NCBI GenBank assembly: GCA_963698035.1
Contig: OY969114.1
Span: 120,001-152,000 of the forward strand
Direction: 5' to 3'
Length of the DNA: 32,000 nucleotides
Source: Candidatus Saccharimonadota bacterium
GTDB lineage: Archaea; Micrarchaeota; Micrarchaeia; Micrarchaeales; Micrarchaeaceae
The notes under the pieces were generated by a model. The model was given only the letters and a program-made list of their open reading frames with translations, was not told where the DNA came from and did no database searches. The position numbers and the translations under genes were made by a program. Position 1 is the stretch's first letter. Each line of letters opens with the position of its first letter. Of the stretch, positions 7,967 through 16,547 are shown in pieces.

Positions 7967-9445
7967 TCTATTGAGCGACACCCATGAATTGCTTGAGTCC
8001 TACCTGAGCAACACCTCGATGGTGCAGCAGCAGATAGACAGCTACAATAGGTTCGTCAGCATAGGCATACGGAGGATTGTCGAGAGCCAGAGCAACATAG
8101 AGCCGGAGGTATCAGACTTCGCGATAAAGCTAAACAGCATACGTGTTGGAACCCCGGTGGTGATAGAGTCCGACAGCTCATCCAGGAGGATAATGCCGAA
8201 CGAGGCGCTTGTGAGGAACCTTACCTACAGCGCACCCATATACCTCACATACACGCCGGTGATCAGCGGAATCGAGAAGACGATAAACACCTCTGAGGTC
8301 TTCATAGGGGAGCTTCCCGTCATGGTCAAGAGCGACCTCTGCTACACCAGGAACATGTCGAAGGAGCAGCTCATAAGCGAGGGGGAGGATCCGGATGACC
8401 CAGGCGGCTATTTCATAATCAAGGGGAGCGAGCGCGTGCTCGTGGGCATCGAGGATCTCGCCCCGAACAGGATAATCTGCACGAAGGAGAAGAAGGGGGT
8501 GGTAAGCAAGGTCTTCTCCACGACGCTGAGCTTCCGAGCGAGGTGCAGCATAACTAGGGATGAATACGGGGTGTACAGCGCGCTCTTCCCGACCGTGTCT
8601 AAGGGCATAGACCTCGTACTGATACTAAGGGCGCTGGGCATGCAGCCCAAGGAGATGCTGGCGGGCGTGGAGGACATAAAGGAGATAGCGAACGACATGC
8701 TGCTCAACATCGACCTCAGCAAGGCCAAGGAGCTGCCCCAGGACGAGTGCATGATGGAGCTCGGGAGGATGTCTGCGCCGAACCAGGCGAAGCCCTACCA
8801 GCAGAAGAGGGCTGAGATGCAGCTCGACACCTACATACTGCCGCACATAGGATCAAAGCCATCGGAGAGGAAGGAGAAGGCGGAATACCTTGTAAGGATG
8901 GCGAAGAGGGCCTCGATGGTGGCATATGGCTACGCAAAACCGGAGGACAAGGACCACTACGCGAACAAGAGGGTGAAGCTCGCAGGCGACCTCATGGAGG
9001 AGCTGCTCAACAACGCGTTCAAGTTTTTCGTAAAGGACATAAAGTACCATGTCGAGAGGACGACGGCAAGGGGCAGGAAGCTAAACGTCAGGACGAACAT
9101 AAACCCAGACGCGCTCACAGACAAGATACTCTACGCGATGGGCACCGGATCGTGGCCAGCGGGCCAGACCGGCGTCTCGCAGGTCCTCGACAGGACCAAC
9201 TTCATCAGCGCAATGGCGCACCTGCGCAGGGTAAAGTCGCCGCTGACAAAGAAGCACCCCCACTTCAAGGCTAGGGACGTCCACGGGACCTATCTCGGCA
9301 AGATCTGCCCGAGCGAGACCCCAGAAGGAACAGAGGTCGGGCTCACCAAGTATCTTGCGATAATGGCAAGATCACAGTTGGCGCGGACCAGGCGATGCTG
9401 GAGCAGAAGATAAAGGAGCTCGGCCTCCTAAAGGGCGAGAAATAA
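7947..9445 (+). CDS. rpoB2: RNA polymerase subunit B'' (N-terminal half of a split Rpo2); a frame change near 9370 disrupts the last ~25 codons
   Basis: ORF 7947..9413 carries QQQIDSYNRFV..., ...GGYFIIKGSERVLV... and ...KICPSETPEGTEVGLTKYLAIMAR. The expected continuation ITVGADQAMLEQKIKELGLLKGEK* is read in another frame and ends at TAA 9443-9445. Confidence 0.8.
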
Positions 9446-9481
9446 GGTGTTATGCTTGGCTCAACAGACCGATAAAGACAA

Positions 9482-11297
9482 ATGTTAGTGTACCTTGACG
9501 GAAGGATGATAGGTGCGGTAAAGAGCGGCGCGGCCTTTGCAAGGGAGATACGGAGGAACAGGAGGGCGGGCGTCATCTCCGGACGAGGTGAACGTCGCAT
9601 TCATAAGGAAGCTGAACGAGGTGCACGTCAACGCGGACAGGGGGCGTGCAAGGAGGCCCTACATAATAGTGGAGCAGGGAAGGAATAAGTTCACCGAGGA
9701 GCTCAAGCAGAAGTTGGTTAACAAGGAGATAGACTTCAACTACCTGCTCAGGAGGGGGATGATAGAGTACCTCGACGCGGAGGAGGAGGAGAACGCGCTG
9801 GTCGCGCTCGAGGAGACGGATATCACCCAAAGACAACCCACCTGGAGGTCGACCCGGCCTCTATTTTCGGGCTCACGGTGAACATAAGCGCATTCCCGGA
9901 ATTCAACACCGTAGGAAGGCACTCGATAGCGCTCAACTTCATCAAGCAGAGCCAGGGGCTCTACGCCACTGAACTTCAACAGCAGGTACGACCCGAGGGC
10001 GTTCCTGCTCTACTACCCGCAGACGCCGATAGTGGACAGCCTCGCCTACAGGGCGCTCGGGATCGAGCAGGCACCCGAGCGGGCAGAACTTCGTGGTTGC
10101 GCTGTCGACATATTACGGATACAACATGAAGGACGCATTAGTGCTCAACAAGGCTGCGGTCGACCGGGGCCTGGGCAGGAGCGTCTTCTACAAGACCTAC
10201 GCTGACGAGGAGAGGAGATACCCCGGAGGGCAGCAGGACCATTTCAGGATACCCCCGCCACAACCGACGGCTATCTGGGCGAGCACGCCTACTCGAAGCT
10301 TAGCGAGGACGGAATAATAGAGAAGGGGATGGAGGTCAAGGAGGGCGACGTGCTCATCGGGAAGGTATCGCCGCCCAGGTTCCTCGAGGAGCAGACGAGC
10401 TTCGGGGTTGGCGAGGAGAAGAGCAGGGACGACTCGATGGCGCTGAGGGCGGGCGAGGAGGGCATAGTAGACAGCGTCATGCTCAGCGAGACCACGGGCG
10501 CGACAAAGATAGTGAAGGTGAGGGTAAGGAGCATAAAGATCCCCGAGAAGGGCGACAAGTTCGCAAGCAGGCACGGGCAGAAGGGAGTGGTCGCGCTTAT
10601 AGTCGAACCAGGAGGACATGCCGTTCACCAAGGACGGGATAGTGCCGGACCTGCTGCTCAACCCGCACAGCCTTCCGAGCAAGGATGACGTTCGGGCCAC
10701 ATGCTCGAGATGCTGGCGGCGAAGGCGGGCTCGCTCGAGGGCACGCACATCGACGGCACCGCCGTTCAGCAAGAGAGGGCAGCGCCCGCATAGACGAGTA
10801 CGGCGCGATGCTCGAGGAGTACGGCTTCGACAAGTTCGGCGACGAGGAGCTCTACGACGGGAGGACCGGGAAGAAGTTCAAGGCCAAGATATTCACAGGA
10901 GTCGTATACTACAACAGGCTGTTGCACATGGTGAGCCTCAAGATGCAGGTCAGGAGCAGGGGACCGGTGCAGATACTCACCCACCAGCCCACAGAGGGCA
11001 AGCCGAGGAAGGGCGGCCTCAGGTTCGGGGAGATGGAACGCGACGCGCTGGTGGGCTACGGGGCGAGCCTGCTGCTGAAGGAGAGGATGCTCGACCAGAG
11101 CGACAAGGCGGAGATCTGGATCTGCAAGAACTGCGGCGACGTCGGCTATTACGATTACATAAAGAACGTGCCGGTCTGCCCGCTCTGCAGGCGGGAACAA
11201 CCTCGAGAGGGTGGAGATAAGCTACGCGTTCAAGCTGCTGCTCGACGAGATAAAGTCGCTGCACATACTGCCAAGGATAAAGCTGAAGAGTGAATGA
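9482..11297 (+). CDS. rpoB1: RNA polymerase subunit B' (C-terminal half of Rpo2), broken by about 10 frame changes in this sequence
   Basis: Conserved blocks are spread over ORFs 9482, 9537, 9878, 10093, 10329, 10618 and 10685. They include [139 protein letters not shown] and CKNCG...CPLC. The true C-terminus [28 protein letters not shown] ends at TGA 11295-11297. Confidence 0.8.
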
Positions 11298-11300
11298 TAC

Positions 11301-13871
11301 ATGCAAGCTGAAAGCATAGATTACATAAAGTTCACGACGATATCGCCAGAGCATGATCAAGAAGATGAGCGTCGCGAAGCTCATCGTCCCAGACACCTAC
11401 AACGAGGACGGCTACCCGATAGACGGCGGGCTGGTGGACCAGCGCCTCGGGGTGATAGACCCGGGGCTGAAGTGCAAGACCTGCGGCGGCAGGGCGAAGA
11501 CCTGCCCGGGCCACTTCGGGCACATCGAGCTGGTGAGGCCGGTCATCCACCCGGAGTTCTCGAAGATAATCTACCTGCTGCTGCAGTCAACGTGCGACAA
11601 GTGCCACAGGATACTGCTGACGACGACGCAGATCGCAGGAGATAAGACCAGCGATCAAGAGCATAGTCGTCGAGGCAGAGGAGCTTGACAGACGAGCGAC
11701 GATCCCGAGCACGTCAAGGACGAGAGGACGGGAAGCCGGAAGGCATGCTCAAGAAGCTAAGAGCGTAAAGAAGTGCCCGCACTGCGGCAGCGCTGCAGAG
11801 GAAGATAAAGCTCGAGAGGCCGACCTTCTTCTACATCGACGAGCAACAAGCTGAAGCCGGACGAGATACGGGACTGGCTCGTCGAAGATAAGCGACGACG
11901 ACCTCAAGCTGCTGGGCATAGACCCGATGCGACCAGGCCGGAATGGCTCATACTAACAACGCTGCTTGTGCCGCCGGTCAACGTGAGGCCCTCCATCACG
12001 CTTGAGATCCGGAGAGAGGAGCGAGGACGACCTGACCCACAAGCTCGTGGACATAATGAGGATAAACCAGAGGCTCGAGCAGGACATAGACGCCGGCGCG
12101 CCGCAGATAATAATAGACGACCTCTGGGAGCTGCTGCAGTACCAGGTCACCACATACTTCAACAACGAGACACCGGGCATACCGTCGGCAAGGCACAGGA
12201 GCGACAGGCCGCTCAAGACGCTGGCCCAGAGGCTGAAGGGCAAGGAGGGCAGGTTCAGGTACAACCTCAGCGGAAAGAGGGTCAACTTCTCCGCAAGGAC
12301 GGTCATAAGCGCTAGACGCGAGCCTCGACCATAAACCAGGTGGGCGTGCCGACGAAAGATGGCCGAGAAGCTTACGATACCGTTCTACGTCGACGCGAGT
12401 GGAACATGGAGCAGGCGAAGGAGCTACCTCGCAGAGGACGGAATACCCGATGGTACTCAACGTCATAACAAAGGACGGAATAAGGAAGAGGGTCACAGAT
12501 GTGAACAGGGAGGAGCTGCTCAAGGCGCTCGTACCCGGATTCATACTCGAGAGGCAGCTCATCGACGGCGACATTGCCCTCTTCAACAGGCAGCCCACGC
12601 TGCACAGGCTGTCGATCATGGCGCACACGGTGAAGGTGCTGCCGGGCAAGACGCTCAGGATGAACACGTCTGTCGCGTGTCGCCGTACAACGCGGACTTC
12701 GACGGGGACGAGATGAACCTGCACGTTCCGCAGTCGACTGGAGGCGCAGGCCGAGGCGAGATACCTGATGCAGCCGAAGGACCAGGTGCTCTCGCCCAGG
12801 GACGGCAAGCCGATAATGTTCATAGAGGAAGACCAGATAGTCGGGCTTTACATGCTTACGAAGGACGGCGCGTTCTTCACCAAGGAAGAGGCATCGATAA
12901 TGCTCGCAGCTGTGGGGATCTACGAGCTGCCGAAGAAGGAGAAGAGCGGGCTCTACAGCGGCAAGGCGATATTCTCGATGATACTGCCTAAAGACTTCAA
13001 CTACATATCAACATCGCTGAACAAGAAGCTGGTGATAAAGGACGGGCAGCTGATCGAGGGCACAATCGGGGAGAAGAACGTTGGCGGCGGAGGGGGGGCA
13101 ATGATAATGGAGATATTCGTGCAGTACGGCGCGGATGAATGCGAGAGGTTCCTCAAGAACATATCCTCGATATCGTTGAGGGCGGTGTACAGGGTGGGGA
13201 TGACGATAAGCTTCAAGGATTACTACGAGACCGAGGCGATGATAAAGGAGCGCGAGCGGATAATCAAGGAGGCCGACGACAAGTCAGAGGCGCTGGTGAT
13301 GACTTACAGGGAGGGGAAGCTGGAGGCGCTGCCGGGATACACAAGAAGGGAGACGCTCGAGCTCGAGCTCAGGGTACAGCTGGACATAGCGAGGGACATA
13401 GCCGCAAAGTTCCTGGAGAAGAGCTTCGGCCCTGAGAACAACGCACGCCTCATGGCAATGGTAAAGGCGAAGGGCAGCATACTAAACTTCGTGCAGACAA
13501 GCATGCTGCTGGGCCAGCAGGCTGTGCGCGGAAGGAGACCTTCAAGAGGATACAATGGTCGTGTACTCCCCTACTTCAGGAGGAACGACAAGAGGCCCGA
13601 GGCTAGGGGATTCGTCGGGTCGTGCTTCCTTGAGGGGCTCACCCCGACAGGGTTCTACATGCACGCTATGGGGGCGAGGGACTCTGCAATGACAAAGTCG
13701 CTCATCACAGCTGTAAGCGGCTACATGCAGAGGAGGCTGATCAACGCGATGCAGGACTTCTACGTGGCAGAGGACCTGAGCGTCAAGGATGCGAGCGGCG
13801 CGCTGATAGAGACGCTCTACGGCGGCGACGGAGTGGATCCGACAAAGGAGCTCGAGGCAATGAAAAAGTAA
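11301..13871 (+). CDS. rpoA1: RNA polymerase subunit A' (Rpo1N); the N-terminal ~1.45 kb is broken by at least 14 frame changes and the C-terminal 367 codons are intact
   Basis: Conserved blocks lie in different frames: [146 protein letters not shown] and [18 protein letters not shown] (catalytic NADFDGD). A clean ORF 12768..13871 follows. Confidence 0.8.
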
Positions 13872-13878
13872 TGATAAT

Positions 13879-14910
13879 ATGGCAGCAAAAGAGAGTATAA
13901 GGGTGGCGCGTGGCGAGCCGGTGGGCGTGATCGCGGCGCAGTCGATAGGCGAGCCGGGGACGCAGATGGTGCTGAGGTCGTTCCACTCAGCAGGAATATC
14001 CTCGATAATCACGACGACAGGTCTGCCGAGGATCATAGAGATAGTAGACGGCAGGAAGAAGCCGAAGTTCCCGATGATGATGATACCCTTGGAGAAGTCG
14101 GTCAACAGGAACTACGAGAAGGTGAAGAGGATCTGGAAGGAGATCGAGGAGGTGAAGGTCACGAGCGTCATAAGCGGGTTCGAGGAGAACCTGAAAGGCG
14201 GCACGATGATACTCTTGCTTAACAGGGAAAAGATGGCGCACTACGACATAACCGCGAGGACGATAGCGAGCAGGCTCTCGAAAATGGAGGGCGTTGAGGC
14301 CACCATAGAGGGCGATACGATAAAGGTGAAGGTGAAGGACAAGGAGATAAAGAGCGTAAGGACCAGGTTCGTCAAGGTGAGGAACTCTGCGGTCGGAGGG
14401 GTGAGTGGGATCGTGAAGGTCGCGGTGCAGGAGGGCGACGGGGTCTTCTACTTCACCACGAGCGGCAGCAACATAGAGGGACTGCTCGAGATAGAGGGGA
14501 TAGACAAGGAAGGAATCTACAGCAACGACATATTTGAGGTCATGAGGGTCTACGGCGTGGAGGCGGCGAGGAACATAATTGCGAACGAGCTGCTGACCAC
14601 GATAGGCGAGGAGGGCATAACAGTGAGCTTCAGGCACCTTGGCCTTGTGGCGGACGCGATGACCCACACGGGCGTCATAAAGAGCGTGGGCAGGCACGGC
14701 ATAGCGGGCGAGAAGGAGTCCGTTTTCGCGAGGGCGGCATACGAGGAGACTGTAAAGCACTTCACCAACGCCGCCGTATTCGGCGAGACGGACTGGCTGA
14801 AGGGCGTGGCGGAGAACATAATAATAGGGAAGCAGATAGGGGTCGGCACCGGGAGGGTGAAGCTGACTGTGAAGAGGGAGGAGCTCAAGAAAATAAAGAG
14901 GGAGGACTGA
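13879..14910 (+). CDS. rpoA2: RNA polymerase subunit A'' (Rpo1C)
   Basis: 343 aa. [31 protein letters not shown]...[15 protein letters not shown] is the hallmark N-terminus of A''. [13 protein letters not shown] and [27 protein letters not shown] are also present. Confidence 0.9.
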   Translation: MAAKESIRVARGEPVGVIAAQSIGEPGTQMVLRSFHSAGISSIITTTGLPRIIEIVDGRKKPKFPMMMIPLEKSVNRNYEKVKRIWKEIEEVKVTSVISGFEENLKGGTMILLLNREKMAHYDITARTIASRLSKMEGVEATIEGDTIKVKVKDKEIKSVRTRFVKVRNSAVGGVSGIVKVAVQEGDGVFYFTTSGSNIEGLLEIEGIDKEGIYSNDIFEVMRVYGVEAARNIIANELLTTIGEEGITVSFRHLGLVADAMTHTGVIKSVGRHGIAGEKESVFARAAYEETVKHFTNAAVFGETDWLKGVAENIIIGKQIGVGTGRVKLTVKREELKKIKRED

Positions 14911-14911
14911 A

Positions 14912-15136
14912 TTGCAGAACGAAAGGCCGTTCGACCTGCTGAACAAGGTTCTGGGAAAGACCGTGCTGGTCAGGCTGAAGAGCAACCTGAACGTACGGGG
15001 GAAGATAACATCGTTCGACGCGCACATGAACATAGTGCTAGAGGATGCCGAGGAGCTCGACGACGAAGGCACCAAGGCAAAGCTGGGAACGATACTGCTC
15101 AGAGGCGGCAACATTATATTCGTTTCCCCCGCATAA
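14912..15136 (+). CDS. Sm-like archaeal protein (SmAP/LSm)
   Basis: 74 aa with a TTG start 1 nt after the rpoA'' stop. PFDLLNKVLGKTVLVRLKSNLNVRGKITSFDAHMNIVLEDAEE...LGTILLRGGNIIFVSP carries the Sm1 and Sm2 motifs. Confidence 0.85.
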   Translation: MQNERPFDLLNKVLGKTVLVRLKSNLNVRGKITSFDAHMNIVLEDAEELDDEGTKAKLGTILLRGGNIIFVSPA

Positions 15137-15144
15137 TTATACGT

Positions 15145-15246
15145 GGGCTTCTGGCGCAACGGTAGCGCGCCTGCATGGCATGCAGGAGGTTGCGGGTTCA
15201 AAATAAACTTTTGTTTTCAAAGGTTATGGAAATCCCGCGAAGTCCA
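15145..15246 (+). tRNA. tRNA-Ala (anticodon GGC) with a ~30-nt intron inside the T-loop
   Basis: Hand fold:
- Acceptor stem GGGCTTC/GAAGTCC, including G3:U70, the alanine identity pair.
- D-stem GCGC/GCGC.
- Anticodon stem CCTGC/GCAGG with loop A-T-GGC-A-T.
- Variable loop AGGTT.
- T-stem GCGGG (15192-96) / CCCGC (15234-38), separated by 37 nt instead of 7.
- Discriminator A; no encoded CCA.
- Removing 30 nt restores the T-loop TTCAAAT. Confidence 0.8.
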
Positions 15247-15279
15247 CTTTAATGCGGGGATCAACTACAACGTGATTGC

Positions 15280-15801
15280 ATGGCTGACATCGAGGTAATA
15301 CTGGTCGACAAGAACGACAATCAGATAGGAGTAGAGCAGAAACTGAAAGCGCACCAGAACGGCGGAAAGCTCCATCGAGCCATATCGGTATTCATATTCA
15401 ATAAAAAGGGCGAGACGATGCTGCAGAGGAGGGCGCTGACCAAGTACCACGCGGCTGGCCAGTGGGGCAATACGGCCTGCAGCCATCCAATGCCGGGAGA
15501 GAAGACGATGGATGCGGCGCACAGAAGGCTGGGGGAAGAGATGGGATTCGACTGCGACATGAAGGAGGCGTTCCAATTCCGCTACAAGGCTGATGTAGGA
15601 AAGGGATTAACAGAGCACGAATACGACCACGTCATATTCGGATTGTATGACGGGGAACCCACCTGCAACAGCGAGGAGGTGGCGGAGTGGAGGTGGATGG
15701 CATTGGAGAGCCTGAAAGCGGACATCGAGAAGAACCCGGACAACTACGTGCCGTGGCTCAGGCTTATGATAGACAAAGTAATCGATGCCAGGAAGGCTTG
15801 A
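15280..15801 (+). CDS. idi: Isopentenyl-diphosphate delta-isomerase, type 1 (Nudix fold)
   Basis: 173 aa, colinear with bacterial Idi. Shared blocks are LHRAISVFIFNKKGETMLQRRALTKYHAAGQWGNTACSHP (catalytic Cys in the NxxCxHP context), AAHRRLGEEMG and TEHEYDHVIFG (catalytic Glu region). Confidence 0.85.
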   Translation: MADIEVILVDKNDNQIGVEQKLKAHQNGGKLHRAISVFIFNKKGETMLQRRALTKYHAAGQWGNTACSHPMPGEKTMDAAHRRLGEEMGFDCDMKEAFQFRYKADVGKGLTEHEYDHVIFGLYDGEPTCNSEEVAEWRWMALESLKADIEKNPDNYVPWLRLMIDKVIDARKA

Positions 15802-15861
15802 CCTAAATAATCTGGATCTGGAATCCTGAAGGGATAAAAAGGTGGAGGAAAGATCGCCCAG

Positions 15862-16131
15862 CTACTTCCTGTACTGGTAATAGCTCACTACCTTGCCATA
15901 GCTCTGGCCTATGTGCTTCTCTATGTATCTGACAAGGTTGCTTGGCTCCTCGCCCTTTGAGAACCTTGTCTTTACTATGAAGCCGAAGTCCCCATCAGTT
16001 AGCAGCACCTCCTCCACGTGCTCGAGGGATATGAGCTTGTTGGCGAGAGCATCGGAATTCATGTTCTGCTTTGGGGATATGAGGTAGAACCTGTGCAGGG
16101 AGCTCCTCTTGCTCCTCTTCGACTCTTTCAT
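15862..16131 (-). CDS. Stand-alone Lrp/AsnC ligand-binding (RAM) domain protein
   Basis: 89 aa. FYLISPKQNMNSDALANKLISLEHVEEVLLTDGDFGFIVKTRF follows the AsnC_trans_reg pattern (ayvli...a..l..ipeV.ev..vtG.yDlil.v). No HTH is present. Confidence 0.55.
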   Translation of the reverse strand: MKESKRSKRSSLHRFYLISPKQNMNSDALANKLISLEHVEEVLLTDGDFGFIVKTRFSKGEEPSNLVRYIEKHIGQSYGKVVSYYQYRK

Positions 16132-16367
16132 TTGGATCCCGGAAGGTCTCTTTCTGAGAAGGTCATCGCGCTAATCGTCAACCTGTCGTTCTGCTGGGAG
16201 AATGGGGGTGGGTTGGGGACCAAGACGAACAGGCCCTGAAGGGTGATTTTCATCTTGTGGGTAGAACTCTTACCTAAAGGGTAGAGGAAGGATTCCTCAT
16301 ACATTATAAGGTTCTTAGACTTAGGCTCCGCTCTTTTCCTATTGTTAGGCTTGCTTGATCCCACCAT
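16128..16367 (-). CDS. Hypothetical small protein (79 aa), possibly co-translated with the RAM-domain gene
   Basis: The ORF stop overlaps the downstream start by 4 nt (16128-16131). It has a basic N-terminus and no recognisable motif. Coding status is uncertain. Confidence 0.3.
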   Translation of the reverse strand: MVGSSKPNNRKRAEPKSKNLIMYEESFLYPLGKSSTHKMKITLQGLFVLVPNPPPFSQQNDRLTISAMTFSERDLPGSK

Positions 16368-16547
16368 GCCCCACCGTATAATATTATGAAGTTCTTTTTA
16401 TTTATATAGCGGTGTTATATATGCTCGGTATTGCGGATATGTTTTATGTCATTCAGAGATAAACGGGCAGCAACTGCGGCTTTGGTTATTATAAAATAGC
16501 AGTGTTATACCATAACTATTAAATATCTGTTATGTTAAAATAATACT

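Noticed and set aside
9360-12745. The idea that rpoB'/rpoA' are genuine pseudogenes, or that they use programmed frameshifting or editing.
   Set aside because: There are about 25 frame changes but no decay of the conserved motifs I could read and no stop codon that I saw inside a correctly framed segment. Several shifts fall at short homopolymers, I saw no recurring slippery heptamer, and the genes are essential with intact flanks. Technical indel error is the simplest reading, and it is reported as a data-quality finding instead.
13987-15201. A 404-aa - strand ORF, the longest of several long antisense ORFs. Others are 11996..12823, 13542..14105, 10197..10772, 3944..4465, 552..1061, 24889..25482, 18554..19027 and 14550..14888.
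   Set aside because: Each lies fully inside a well-supported gene on the other strand (rpoA'', rpoA', rpoB', GT2b, the amidohydrolase, cysN, the coiled-coil gene). Their translations are low-complexity (Leu/Arg/Pro/Ser-rich) with no motifs. They are shadow ORFs produced by the purine-rich, GAR/AAR-biased codon usage of the sense strand.
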